DNA of 64,000 nucleotides from an uncultured virus (IMG/VR IMGVR_UViG_3300042691_027621) (lineage: Duplodnaviria > Heunggongvirae > Uroviricota > Caudoviricetes). The DNA lies in the IMG/VR virus record IMGVR_UViG_3300042691_027621, positions 1-64,000 of that record. The stretch is one strand, 5' to 3'. Both the position numbers and the translations under genes were made by a program. Below are positions 26,989-37,227 of the stretch, in pieces (the stretch's first letter is position 1; every line of letters begins with the position of its first letter). The notes below the pieces were generated by a model. It saw only the letters and a list, made by a program, of their open reading frames with translations. It did no database searches and was not told where the DNA came from.

Positions 26989-28005
26989 TTAGAGATTTTG
27001 ATAAATCTTCAGCAACAGTTTGTTGTCGTAAAATTCAGATTCAATGTTGGTGAGCTGGTCTGTCACAATTTGATCCACTGATTCGAACTTAACATCACCA
27101 GGAGCCATGTCTTCGTCTACACCTACAGCTTTGTTTGGAATCAGGGCCATCTCACGCAGGGTGTAGTCCCGCACAAAAGTTTCTTTGATGAAGTTGGCTT
27201 CTTCGTATGAAATCTCAATGTCTAAGTTAACTCTAACATGCATCTTGGGTCGAAGCAGAGACGCAGCGTTGTCGATAAGATTTGCAAGGCCGTAAACCCT
27301 GTAGGTAGGCTGATCGGGCCAAGCATGATATACTGGATCTTTGCCCCATTCTAACACAGCGAGTCCGCGTTCGTCGTCACCGGCGTCTGCGTAGTTGTGA
27401 GGGAACGCATTTCCAATGTAGGTGATATTCTTTTTAGTCTGGCGTTTGTGAAAGTGCCCAGTGAACACATGACCAAAGCCTCCAAGATCTTCGCGACGAA
27501 TTTCGCCATGATCCGGCATCTCTACCATGGCATTCATCAGGTAACCGGGCAGTTCAAAGTGTCCAAACAGGTAATCGCCTTTTAGTTTGGCCAAGCGTCG
27601 ATGATCGTCCCCACATAACCAAGGGGCAATAGTGACATTACCATCGCTGAACCAATCATTGCAGATTTCCACACGAGGGAGGTGCTTCGCCCACTCCACG
27701 CTTTGAATGTCACGTTTATCGCGATAATATAGATCGTGGTTACCAGGAATAAAATACACACGTTCAAAGTTGTCATTCATGTGCTCCAGGGCTCGTAGGC
27801 TGTAGTTCAGGGTGACAATGTTCAGACTAGCACGATTGTTGTGCCAGTCGCCTAGGAACAAACAGGTTTCACAACCCTCTTGCTTGGCTTTTTCGGTAGC
27901 CCACTTCACAAAAGCCAAACAGTCTTCGTTGTGAACGGTGCTGTTTGACTTGAGCCCAAAATGTATGTCTGTGAAGATTGCGGCTTTTTTAAATAGATTA
28001 CTCAT
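26989..28005 (-). CDS. gp47: Recombination endonuclease nuclease subunit (gp47; SbcD/Mre11-like)
   Basis: FTDIHFG, FLGDWH, GNHD, GHFE and GHFH metallophosphoesterase motifs. Confidence 0.95.
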   Translation of the reverse strand: MSNLFKKAAIFTDIHFGLKSNSTVHNEDCLAFVKWATEKAKQEGCETCLFLGDWHNNRASLNIVTLNYSLRALEHMNDNFERVYFIPGNHDLYYRDKRDIQSVEWAKHLPRVEICNDWFSDGNVTIAPWLCGDDHRRLAKLKGDYLFGHFELPGYLMNAMVEMPDHGEIRREDLGGFGHVFTGHFHKRQTKKNITYIGNAFPHNYADAGDDERGLAVLEWGKDPVYHAWPDQPTYRVYGLANLIDNAASLLRPKMHVRVNLDIEISYEEANFIKETFVRDYTLREMALIPNKAVGVDEDMAPGDVKFESVDQIVTDQLTNIESEFYDNKLLLKIYQNL

Positions 28006-28011
28006 CTACTG

Positions 28012-28040
28012 ATTATACTACTCATCTAGACTAGAAACAA
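28012..28040 (-). promoter_or_regulatory. sigma70-type promoter giving an apparently leaderless gp47 mRNA
   Basis: TTGTTT-17 nt-TATAAT, with the ATG 6 nt after the -10 box. Confidence 0.6.
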
Positions 28041-28914
28041 CCGGTCCGGACATTTCTGCTGCACTCTTACCGCCGGCATTTTGACGAGTCCATGATGGGT
28101 TCAGGCCGTTGATTTCCAGGATGTCATCTCGTATGTTTTGCATTTTCTTCTCAATGTTGAGAATACGAGTAAAACTGTTGGTGATTGCGGCGGTATAGTA
28201 AGCGAATGGGTTCTGGCTTTTTGATTCGTCGAATTGTAGACCAATTTGACTGAGTTGAAGAAGAGCTTGTCCGCGCATTTCCTCGTTGTAGGTGTAGCCA
28301 CGCCAGTTTGATCTTGTGGCATAGCGTTCACACAGTTTCATAAACATCATAGCAAGCTTGCGGGTCATGTTGCCGTGTTCTCTCGAAAACTCGCCAGTTT
28401 CTAAATCGCCCCGCCAATGACTACGGCCAACCAGATAGGGATTTTTATCTTCATCTATGCGATAGTGTTCAAACGGCGGGAAATTCAATCTTACATAGTT
28501 CATGTCCAGCACCGGAACCTCTACTAGGTCATCCAAGGGGTCTGTTTCGACATCGTCTAGTTCAAAGATTTCATCCAGTTTCTTTTTCTTTTGCTCAGCT
28601 TTGGTAAGTTTTTTAGGTGCTTTGGGAATGTGATCCCAACAGGTAATACGAAACACTAGATCAGTGTTGGCAATTTTCTTCTGATCAATTACTTCGCCTG
28701 TTTCGCGCTTGATGCGGTCTGCACGGTTCTTACGTGCTTCAACCACAGTGCGTTGATTGATTTTGTCTACGCTGGGCAGTATCAAATCAAATTGATGATC
28801 CAATACTCTATCTCTGTACCAACAGTAGGTATTTTTACTGAGGTGAATTTCTTTGAGAATGTCTCGATTGTTAAGGTAGTTGACCTTGGCAGGGGTTTTT
28901 GTTAGTAATGTCAT
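28018..28914 (-). CDS. gp55: Late-transcription sigma factor (gp55-like)
   Basis: NYLNNRDILKEI and NWRGYTYNEEM...QFDESKSQNPFAYYT....NSFTRILNIEKK motifs. Start reassigned to ATG 28914 because a promoter lies just upstream. Confidence 0.88.
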   Translation of the reverse strand: MTLLTKTPAKVNYLNNRDILKEIHLSKNTYCWYRDRVLDHQFDLILPSVDKINQRTVVEARKNRADRIKRETGEVIDQKKIANTDLVFRITCWDHIPKAPKKLTKAEQKKKKLDEIFELDDVETDPLDDLVEVPVLDMNYVRLNFPPFEHYRIDEDKNPYLVGRSHWRGDLETGEFSREHGNMTRKLAMMFMKLCERYATRSNWRGYTYNEEMRGQALLQLSQIGLQFDESKSQNPFAYYTAAITNSFTRILNIEKKMQNIRDDILEINGLNPSWTRQNAGGKSAAEMSGPVVSSLDE

Positions 28915-28924
28915 AGATGTATGT

Positions 28925-28952
28925 ATTGTAGCATTTACGCAACAGTTGTCAA
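28925..28952 (-). promoter_or_regulatory. Strong sigma70-type promoter for gp55
   Basis: TTGACA-16 nt-TACAAT with an extended -10 TG. Confidence 0.75.
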
Positions 28953-28987
28953 CCAGAATTTGGTAAATATGGTAAACAGGAGCCATT

Positions 28988-29887
28988 ATGCTTACAGCAC
29001 CGGACTATTACTATTATCAACAACAGCAACAGGCAAACGCCTACAATGCTTATATTCAACAACAGCAACAAGCCCAGCAACAAGCCCAGCAACAGGCCTA
29101 TCTGCAACAACAAGCCTATCTTGCACAACAACAAGCATACTATGCTTATCAAGCTCAACAGCAACAAATTGCGCAACAACAAGCCTATCAACAGTATTTA
29201 CAACAGCAACAACTGGCCGCGCAACAAGCAGCTCAAGCAGCCGAACAGGCTCGTCAGTCTGCTGAAAACGCCGCTATTGAACAGGCTCGTGCTGCCCAGG
29301 CCGCACAGGTCGCTGCTATTCAGGCCGCTGCCCTGGCTGCTCAAGACATACTGGCTGCGCAGACTGCACAGGCTGCACAAGCCGCTCAAGATTTGGCAGC
29401 CGCACAGATACAGGCACAAATTGCTGCACAACAGTCAGCTGCCGCTGCCGCTGCTGCCGCGCAACAACAACAACAATTACAACTGGCATTGCAGGCACAA
29501 GGACAAGAACAATTTGCTGCTTCGGTGGCTGTGGCTGTAGGACAAGCATCCAACAGTGTGACAGCCAGCATTGAACAAGCTCAGGTAGCTGCTGGTCGTA
29601 CTCTGTTTTTGATTGATGTGTCTGACATAGTGGTCACTCAACCTGAACAGAGCTTCTATTCAGATCCGCAGTACACAGCGCAACAACCAGTAAACGTGCG
29701 AATTGGACCCACTTCCACAGTATATGATCCCAGTGTGCCCACGGTTACAACATCAGCTGCAACCACAGGATCAGTAAACACCAACTACAGTATAAATGTT
29801 GGATCAGATTACAATCTGGCTTTGCAACAGCTGGACAACCAAATCTACGCAGGACCTGCGGTTAGACTAACACCTGTTGCAGTGTAA
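28988..29887 (+). CDS. Gln/Ala/Tyr-rich low-complexity protein of unknown function
   Basis: TAAATA (28964-28969) and an AGGAG SD precede the ATG; 299 aa with QQQAY repeats. Confidence 0.65.
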   Translation: MLTAPDYYYYQQQQQANAYNAYIQQQQQAQQQAQQQAYLQQQAYLAQQQAYYAYQAQQQQIAQQQAYQQYLQQQQLAAQQAAQAAEQARQSAENAAIEQARAAQAAQVAAIQAAALAAQDILAAQTAQAAQAAQDLAAAQIQAQIAAQQSAAAAAAAAQQQQQLQLALQAQGQEQFAASVAVAVGQASNSVTASIEQAQVAAGRTLFLIDVSDIVVTQPEQSFYSDPQYTAQQPVNVRIGPTSTVYDPSVPTVTTSAATTGSVNTNYSINVGSDYNLALQQLDNQIYAGPAVRLTPVAV

Positions 29888-29942
29888 TCAGTTATCTACG
29901 CCTTTTTTGTTTTGAGTAAATAACATATAAAGGTCAGTAGAT

Positions 29943-32408
29943 ATGCCATGGATAACAATTGAAGCCGGTGAAGGATATATAAACGTTTGGGAAGAAGACC
30001 CCAAACCGACGCCTGTATCTGCGGCCTCAGATCCTGAATTACCGCAACCAGATCCCCCACCACCTGCTCCAACAGCGACCAGCACCACTGCATCCAACAA
30101 TGCTGCTACCACAGGCAACGGCACATCAACGCCAGCAGGAGATCAGTCAGGACCGACAGCTACCACCAGCACGGCAGATATTACTGCGCAGATTCGCGGC
30201 GAATTGTCTGGCGGTCCGCAAAATCAGGGCTATCTAAATCTAATTCTCAACAAATACAGCGCAGAAGATTTGGCACGAGCATATCCTGAGTTTGGTAATG
30301 CTGAGGATTATCGAGTTGCAAAAAATGGCTTGCCCAAGGATCTCATAGTGCCAGGAAGCTTGGACGCCGAAGGCCGACTACAACTAGTTCAAGGCACTCC
30401 TGAGTTTATTCGAGCAGAACAGCTTTCAAGACAAGCCAGCCGCGACGCTATACGAAAAGCAGCCATTGCCAATGGATTTCCGCCTGATGCAGCAATTCCT
30501 ACCACCGGCGACATCAACGGCCGGGTTTATATTACGCTAGAAAATGGTAAAAATATTGACATCACTGACTACTTTGAAGGCAACCCAAAGCCTCCAGTGA
30601 ATATACCTCTCAATGTGGCCACATACGGCACTTCTACAGTGACTACTCCGTTTAGAGAAGTAGAAATAACAGCTCTGCCTGCAGTATCTATAACTGTGAA
30701 CACTTCTGAAGGTGCAATAGTAGTTGATCCTAACTCTGAAACAGCTAGATTTATTCAGTGGCAAGGTTCTCAGCCTGGTATTGATGGACGCCCACTTAGA
30801 GAAACGTGGGCTCGACAAGGTATCTCTGATCCTTACAGCAATCCTGCAATTGTTGGTCAGGCGGTTAAACAAATTGATCGTGCAGATGCGCGAACAGAAC
30901 TGTTCAATCAAAGTGGAGTGACACCCCCGGCTGGACAAATTGCACCTTGGAACGATCCAAAATGGCCAGAATATCAAGGCAGCAACCGAGAAGCCTACGC
31001 ATCCGCTAGTGCAGCTCTCGCGGATGTTGATGTTAAAAATCAACTCAAAGCCGAAAACGGTTGGGACGAAGCCACTTTTCAAAGCTGGGCGTTGAGAGCT
31101 ACCAATCCTGAAGAGTGGGGTCGTCAGGCTGCTGCTTATGATGCAGCCAACGGCATTGTAGTAGGACCAAGTTCAGGTGCAACCACTGCTCTATCAGCCA
31201 ATGGTGCCACAGCGGTGACCACAACTGGCCAAGTCAACAGCCAGGGCTTTGCGGTGACTGCATATTCAGCAGTAAACAACGCCGCTGGTGCGGTTGATGC
31301 AGCGACTGGAGGATTGATTACCACAGGGGCAGGTGCTATTAACACAGCAACAAATATAGTTAATACAGCAATACCTGTGGCCACAGCGGCACTGGCAGGT
31401 TTTGCTAGTGCCTCAGCCGCCGCTGATGCTGCACAGTCGCTGATCAGCGGAGCCGTTAAATCAGCAGTGGCATTGCCATCGTCGCTGAGTCCATTTGTGA
31501 CTGCGGCCACTGATGCTTTTAGTGCCGCTGCCAGCACAGGATTGACCACAGTTGAAAACTTGTTTAGTGGTCAAGCGGCTACCTTGTTGTTGGCCAAAAA
31601 TCAAGCCACTCTGCAGGCCAGAAACAACGAAGCGGCCACAGCCGATTGGCGAGTGCGATTGCAATTGGGGACACAAGCTGACTATCTGTACAAGGATGCT
31701 GAACCTGGAATTTTGGCACCATTGTACGACACTGACGGTGTGATATTTCCCTACATGCCCACGATTGAAACTTCCTATGCTGCCAACTATGACAAATTTG
31801 ATCTCACGCATTCCAACTATCGCGGCTATTTTTACAAAGGCAGCAATGTCAATGACATCAATCTTCGTGCCACATTTACAGCACAAGACACACAGGAAGC
31901 TAACTACTTGTTGGCAGTGATACACTTTTTTAGATCAGTAACCAAGATGTTTTATGGCCAGGATGCGTATCGTGGCGCACCACCGCCCTTGGTGTTTTTG
32001 AATGGACTGGGCAATTATCAGTTCAATGAACATCCTTGTTTTGTGTCTAATTTTAGTTACAGTTTGCCCAACGATGTTGATTACATTCGAGCCCAGGCTC
32101 CCAACAACTACGGTAACTTGTTTAGCAAACGCGAACGCACTGGCAGCACCAGTGGAGGACTATTAGGCAGTGTAGCAACCAGATTGCTGGGTCTAGGAGT
32201 GTCTACCGTAAATCCAAGCATGCCCAATGTACCATCGCCGGGTATGATACAAAGCAATGTCACCAACATCAATGATGCCACTTATGTGCCTACCAAAATG
32301 GAAATCAACATTACTCTACTGCCAACAAACACTCGAGCTCAAGTCAGTCAACAGTTTAGCCTTACAGAGTTCGCCAATGGTAACCTGCTCAAAGGAGGAT
32401 TCTGGTAA
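29943..32408 (+). CDS. Baseplate tail-tube cap/initiator (gp48-like C-terminal domain) with a long variable N-terminus
   Basis: C-terminal DWRVRL...GVIFPYMP...THSNY...FTAQ..EANYLLAVIHFFRSVTKMFYG...GAPPPLVFL; lies upstream of the gp53-like gene; TAAATA at 29917. Confidence 0.65.
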   Translation: MPWITIEAGEGYINVWEEDPKPTPVSAASDPELPQPDPPPPAPTATSTTASNNAATTGNGTSTPAGDQSGPTATTSTADITAQIRGELSGGPQNQGYLNLILNKYSAEDLARAYPEFGNAEDYRVAKNGLPKDLIVPGSLDAEGRLQLVQGTPEFIRAEQLSRQASRDAIRKAAIANGFPPDAAIPTTGDINGRVYITLENGKNIDITDYFEGNPKPPVNIPLNVATYGTSTVTTPFREVEITALPAVSITVNTSEGAIVVDPNSETARFIQWQGSQPGIDGRPLRETWARQGISDPYSNPAIVGQAVKQIDRADARTELFNQSGVTPPAGQIAPWNDPKWPEYQGSNREAYASASAALADVDVKNQLKAENGWDEATFQSWALRATNPEEWGRQAAAYDAANGIVVGPSSGATTALSANGATAVTTTGQVNSQGFAVTAYSAVNNAAGAVDAATGGLITTGAGAINTATNIVNTAIPVATAALAGFASASAAADAAQSLISGAVKSAVALPSSLSPFVTAATDAFSAAASTGLTTVENLFSGQAATLLLAKNQATLQARNNEAATADWRVRLQLGTQADYLYKDAEPGILAPLYDTDGVIFPYMPTIETSYAANYDKFDLTHSNYRGYFYKGSNVNDINLRATFTAQDTQEANYLLAVIHFFRSVTKMFYGQDAYRGAPPPLVFLNGLGNYQFNEHPCFVSNFSYSLPNDVDYIRAQAPNNYGNLFSKRERTGSTSGGLLGSVATRLLGLGVSTVNPSMPNVPSPGMIQSNVTNINDATYVPTKMEINITLLPTNTRAQVSQQFSLTEFANGNLLKGGFW

Positions 32409-32710
32409 TGGCTGCTATCTATAACACCGCTAGTCCTTATTATTCCACTGGGTTCACACAGTTCTACCTTGACGTCATGGTCAACCGGCCTATACCACGG
32501 GAAACTGATGATAAAGAAGTCATAATCAATCAAACCTATCAATACAGACCAGATCTCATGGCCTATGACTTTTATGGCGATGGCAGTTTGTGGTGGGTTT
32601 TTTATCAACGCAATCCTAATACATTGACTGCTCCAGTGATAGATTTTACAGCCGGCAAGAGAATTTTTGTGCCCAAAATTTCTGTGTTGCAACAAAGTCT
32701 TGGAATATAA
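32408..32710 (+). CDS. Baseplate wedge LysM-like protein (gp53-like)
   Basis: YQYRPDLMAYDFYGDGSLWWVF..RN...DF.AG..IFVP motif. Confidence 0.8.
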   Translation: MAAIYNTASPYYSTGFTQFYLDVMVNRPIPRETDDKEVIINQTYQYRPDLMAYDFYGDGSLWWVFYQRNPNTLTAPVIDFTAGKRIFVPKISVLQQSLGI

Positions 32711-32713
32711 TCA

Positions 32714-35410
32714 ATGACCAATCCAGCAGCAGTTGCATCACAAATTAACTATTTAGAAAGCTTGATCGCGGGCTACGCATCAACTTTGAGAGATCCTACA
32801 TCCAGCCCGCAACAAAAATCTCAAGCACAGCGCGAAATTCCTCAGCTTGAATTGACCATAGAGTCTCTACGAACTCAGTTGACTCAACTGTCATTGACTG
32901 TGGCCAAAGATGCTGGAGTTGTGCCACCACCACCAAAAACTGCTGGTCAAACAGTCAACGACGACGCGGTGCCCAACCCAATCAAAACTGCGCCACTGGA
33001 AGCAGATCCAGTTACCGGTAGGATACGTCCTATTAAAACAGTGACGGAACCCAGCAACGCCGATATACCGTCTACGGCCGAAACCGGTGATGTCGATCGC
33101 AACATTGATGGCCCTGTAAAAGCATTTTTTACCACACAGGCTATATTTTCTCAACCTGGAGTGCTTGCTGGGCGTGCACTCTTTGATCCATCTACTATTA
33201 ACTATCCCAACACTGACGTCAGTTTTGGTATCAGACTACCTGGCAGCAACAGTGATTCAGGATTGTTCACTGGAGGCAGTGCTCCGATACAGCCAGGCAT
33301 TGGGTCCAATGACGATTTTCCATCTCCTAGCCCGCAAAAAACAGCCACAGAAGTCAACAACACCTACAACAATGCGCTGCCTATTCAACCGCAGCCCAAT
33401 GGCCTGGACCAATTTGGCAGCTATACATATTCAGTTAGCCTGTATTTGATGACTCCTCAACAGTACTCAATCCTGGTGCAGAGTAAAACCAAAACAGTGG
33501 TTGGCTATAATCTATTGATACAGAGTGCAGGTGCGCCCACAGAAGGTCGTAATCCTTATTTTGGCGATGATTTTTATATTGAAAGTCTAACAGTAGAAAG
33601 CAATTTTCCTGGCGGCGGCACACGCATGGCACATTCGGTGTCTAGCATGAAAATAACTATCACAGAACCTGCTGGTATTACTCTGTTAGATAGACTATAC
33701 AAAGCTGTGCAGGATTTTATTCCCAAGGATGGTGCTGGCGCCATTAACTATACCTCAGTGCAATACCTGTGTGTGATACGCTGGTATGGCTGGGACCTTG
33801 ACGGCAAATTGATAAAAAATCCTGGTGGTGGTACAACATTGTCAGACCCCAATGCAGCTTTTGAAAAATTTATTCCGTTTAACATTCGAAAAATAAACTG
33901 GGGTGTCAGCAACAAGTTGGTGAGCTATGAATTAGATTGTGCACCCATTGGACAAACGCTGGGTGCATCTACTGCTCGAGCAACCATACCTTATGACATT
34001 GAACTCAGTGAGAGCACAGTCAAAGGTCTGCTGAGCGGCGATGCTGTGACAACCACAACTTTTACACCTACAAATAATTCTACTACAACGTCTACACCAG
34101 CACCTGACAAGGCCAATGCTGCACCCAGTACCAAAACAGTGATACGGCAGGGTCTCATGGGCGCCATGAATGATTTTCAACAAAAGTTAGTGTCAGACGG
34201 CATCTATGAAGTTGCTGATCAGTATGAAATTGAATTTGTCAACGGGGCAGAAGTCATTGCCAATGCCAGCGTGACCAAACCTGGTAACGTAATAAAAAAT
34301 CAAAGCGCCACTCCCATGGCTCCGCCAGTGACCAAAAGTCCCGGTGGTGTAGATCCTAAAAAAACCAGTGTGGATAACACTGTAAGGAATTTTGCTATCA
34401 CTGCCGGACAACAACTCATGCAGGTCATAGATCTGGTGATTCGCAACAGTACTTTTATCACAGACCAGGCCAGAGTAAGCGAACAAGAAGAAACTGAAAT
34501 TTTTGAAGATGAACTGGGCAACGTAGTAGAGATACCAAAAAACACCGCAACCAAGGCCACAATTTTATGGCACAATGTAACCATGGATGCGGTGCCTATC
34601 AAGTATGACAAAAAACGCAATGACTATGCTTACAAAATAACCTATGTTGTAAGCACCTATGTGGCGCCAAACTTTGACAGCAAGTACTTTCCGATACCAA
34701 ACTTCAATGGCGTTCACAAGAGTTACAAGTATTGGTGGACAGGCGAAAACATTGGAATTTTAGATTATCAAGTTTCCTTCAATGCTTTGTACAACATGAC
34801 TATCTCTGGTAGTGAGCCAGGAAATTCAGCCACAGAACGCATACGCCAACAGCGTAGTTCCAGCATGCGAGACATTCCCAAATACACCTACCAAGCTCGT
34901 AGTACTGAAAGTTCATCTGGTGCCAAAGGCACCGGCAATGAAGTAGCGGCCAATGCAGCCGAATACCTGTACAGTCCCAATGACTTGAGTCAGGTCAAAC
35001 TACGCATTGTTGGAGATCCAGCCTGGATCATGCAAGGCAGCTTGGCCGAAGGTATAAATGCAAAAAATTTCAATCGCTCAGGATTTTTGCCTGACGGTAC
35101 TATAAACTTTGACAGCCAGCAGGTGTTGTTTGAAATAGCCTGGCAGCGTCCTCAAGACTACAATCTTGACACAGGTCTAGCAGATCCTTACGCATTGGTA
35201 AGTGGAGCGCGGGAACCTATTCAAAGTAACATCTATCATGCAAGAAAATGTCTTAGCGAATTCCGACAAGGCAAATTTGAACAAACCATTGAAGGTGCTC
35301 TATACTCCTGGCCAATCCCTGCAGGACAGAACACACCGGCTACAACAGTACGCAGCAATGCTGCGGTAAATCAAGCCAACAGTGGGCAGCCCGCAGGTGG
35401 CGGAGTGTGA
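32714..35410 (+). CDS. Baseplate hub protein (gp27-like)
   Basis: Lies between the gp53-like and gp5-like genes; NGLDQFGSYTY, ITITEPAG, LRIVGDPAWI and FRQGKFEQTIEG motifs. Confidence 0.6.
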   Translation: MTNPAAVASQINYLESLIAGYASTLRDPTSSPQQKSQAQREIPQLELTIESLRTQLTQLSLTVAKDAGVVPPPPKTAGQTVNDDAVPNPIKTAPLEADPVTGRIRPIKTVTEPSNADIPSTAETGDVDRNIDGPVKAFFTTQAIFSQPGVLAGRALFDPSTINYPNTDVSFGIRLPGSNSDSGLFTGGSAPIQPGIGSNDDFPSPSPQKTATEVNNTYNNALPIQPQPNGLDQFGSYTYSVSLYLMTPQQYSILVQSKTKTVVGYNLLIQSAGAPTEGRNPYFGDDFYIESLTVESNFPGGGTRMAHSVSSMKITITEPAGITLLDRLYKAVQDFIPKDGAGAINYTSVQYLCVIRWYGWDLDGKLIKNPGGGTTLSDPNAAFEKFIPFNIRKINWGVSNKLVSYELDCAPIGQTLGASTARATIPYDIELSESTVKGLLSGDAVTTTTFTPTNNSTTTSTPAPDKANAAPSTKTVIRQGLMGAMNDFQQKLVSDGIYEVADQYEIEFVNGAEVIANASVTKPGNVIKNQSATPMAPPVTKSPGGVDPKKTSVDNTVRNFAITAGQQLMQVIDLVIRNSTFITDQARVSEQEETEIFEDELGNVVEIPKNTATKATILWHNVTMDAVPIKYDKKRNDYAYKITYVVSTYVAPNFDSKYFPIPNFNGVHKSYKYWWTGENIGILDYQVSFNALYNMTISGSEPGNSATERIRQQRSSSMRDIPKYTYQARSTESSSGAKGTGNEVAANAAEYLYSPNDLSQVKLRIVGDPAWIMQGSLAEGINAKNFNRSGFLPDGTINFDSQQVLFEIAWQRPQDYNLDTGLADPYALVSGAREPIQSNIYHARKCLSEFRQGKFEQTIEGALYSWPIPAGQNTPATTVRSNAAVNQANSGQPAGGGV

Positions 35411-35431
35411 TTATGAAAAGGAAATGTCAAA

Positions 35432-35704
35432 ATGCGTTCTAATCCTGTTGGCTCTCCATCACGACTCAAAATACCAGGAGCAGGTCCAATGATTGATCCT
35501 CAATCGCCAATCTTGGTTCCACGACAATCTGCTCCTGGACTGCTTGCAACACGTGATACCAATGCTCCGGCACGCCAGAAAAATAATCCCCCAACCAGTA
35601 ATGGAGAACTGGTTGGAGTTAATGTGCCCTTGCCCCCGCCGCTACTGATAAATTCATCAACGCTGACAACTGAACCATTACAGTTAATCAGCAGTTCACC
35701 TTAA
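35432..35704 (+). CDS. Small Pro-rich hypothetical protein
   Basis: AAGGA SD; same frame as the upstream hub gene; fills the gap to gp5. Confidence 0.45.
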   Translation: MRSNPVGSPSRLKIPGAGPMIDPQSPILVPRQSAPGLLATRDTNAPARQKNNPPTSNGELVGVNVPLPPPLLINSSTLTTEPLQLISSSP

Positions 35705-35714
35705 AGGATAAAGC

Positions 35715-37211
35715 ATGGCAGAAGACGTCCAAAGAACACGCGGTCGGCCGCAGAATTACAAGCAAGACCGAGGCGGCGTACCAGCAGAATATGGTCCATA
35801 CCTAGGCAAAGTAATGAGCAATGTGGACCCTACTCGTGCTGGACGTCTACGTGTGTTTATTGAAGCGTTTGCTGACGGACCACAGGATGATGACAACAAA
35901 TGGATCACAGTGAGTTACCTGCCTAACTACTACGGTTCCACTCCCAACGCAGGTACAGGCACAGGTACAGGCACGTACCCTGGCAACCGTAACAGCTACG
36001 GTATGTGGTTTACTCCGCCAGACGTGGGCATAACAGTGATATGTATTTTTGCCAACGGTGATCGCAACCAGGGCTTTTATATTGGTGTGGTGCCTGAACA
36101 AGCATCTACACACATGGTTCCGGCTATTGGAGCCAGCAAAAAATTTGCAGTGGCCAACCAAACTCAACAAAAATTTTTCTATGGTGCTACTCAACTGCCA
36201 GTGGCTGAAATCAACGTCAACGATCCAGACATTGTTAATCAGCCTCGGTATTTTGAAGAAACCAAGCCTGTACAAAGTTACCAGGCTGCAATTATGTTTC
36301 AGCAGGGATTGATTCGTGATGTTAATCGTGGACCTATTTCCAGCACCAGCCAACGTGAAACTCCCAGTCAGGTGTTTGGTATCAGCACTCCTGGACGCCC
36401 AATTTATCTGGGTGGAAAAACACAAGAAGAAGTTATACAAAATCTTGACAACATACAGTCAGGAGAACTAAAAGTAATTGGACGTCTAGGCGGTCACACT
36501 TTGGTCATGGATGATGGCGCCACTGATGGTAAAGATCAACTGGTAAGAATTCGTTCAGCCAAAGGTCACCAGATAACCATGCATGACAGTGAAGAATTTT
36601 TCTACATCACACATGCCAACGGCAAAACCTGGATTGAATTTGGCAAAGAAGGCACCGTAGATGTTTACAGTACTAATTCTGTGAATGTTCGTACCGCAGG
36701 CACAATAAATCTGCACGCCGACCAAGACATCAACATGTTTGCCGGTAGAAAAATCAACATGAGAAGTTTAGATGACATCAACGTTGAGTCGGTGAAAAAT
36801 ATCAACATCAGTTCTGAAGCTAACTTGACTGTGTATGGAAAAACTGCGGTGCGAGTCAAATCTGACGGCACATTGGCCATACAAAGTGCCAGCACCGGAT
36901 CCTGGGGAGCCAGTGCATTGGTCTTCAAAGGAGACACTATTGATTTGAATGGTCCATGGGCGCCCACGGTTACCAAACCTGCACCAATTGTGATATCCTC
37001 ACTGGATGACACCGAATTCAATGCCAGCGAAGGATGGCAGGTCAAAGCAGCCGCGATTAAAACATCAGCCACACGAGCACCCACGCACGAACCGTATCCA
37101 TATCACAATCAAGGTGTATCTACTGCCGGTCCGGCTGCATCTTCAGTCAGCAACACGCCTCCGGGATCTCAGTCGGTGCCGTCTGGGGTCTCAGTGGGCA
37201 GAAATTCTTGA
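35715..37211 (+). CDS. Baseplate central spike (gp5/VgrG-like OB fold plus beta-helix)
   Basis: GKVMSNVDPTRAGRLRV, SYGMWFTPPDVG, GHTLVMDDG, GHQITMHD and beta-helix repeats; no T4-lysozyme domain recognised. Confidence 0.8.
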   Translation: MAEDVQRTRGRPQNYKQDRGGVPAEYGPYLGKVMSNVDPTRAGRLRVFIEAFADGPQDDDNKWITVSYLPNYYGSTPNAGTGTGTGTYPGNRNSYGMWFTPPDVGITVICIFANGDRNQGFYIGVVPEQASTHMVPAIGASKKFAVANQTQQKFFYGATQLPVAEINVNDPDIVNQPRYFEETKPVQSYQAAIMFQQGLIRDVNRGPISSTSQRETPSQVFGISTPGRPIYLGGKTQEEVIQNLDNIQSGELKVIGRLGGHTLVMDDGATDGKDQLVRIRSAKGHQITMHDSEEFFYITHANGKTWIEFGKEGTVDVYSTNSVNVRTAGTINLHADQDINMFAGRKINMRSLDDINVESVKNINISSEANLTVYGKTAVRVKSDGTLAIQSASTGSWGASALVFKGDTIDLNGPWAPTVTKPAPIVISSLDDTEFNASEGWQVKAAAIKTSATRAPTHEPYPYHNQGVSTAGPAASSVSNTPPGSQSVPSGVSVGRNS

Positions 37212-37227
37212 CAAGGCATAGTCTACC

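Noticed and set aside
28915..28986. Longer gp55 start (28986) from the ORF track
   Set aside because: The extension spans a near-consensus sigma70 promoter and the divergent late promoter and SD, so ATG 28914 fits better.
28921..29571. Overlapping alternative-frame and antisense ORFs (poly-Asn/Thr, poly-Leu, poly-Cys)
   Set aside because: They are by-products of the CAA/CAG/GCN repeats of the Gln/Ala-rich gene.
35408..35416. TGA recoding (alternative genetic code)
   Set aside because: TGA is a real stop elsewhere, including ATGA/GTGA overlaps, and long conserved genes are uninterrupted in the standard code.
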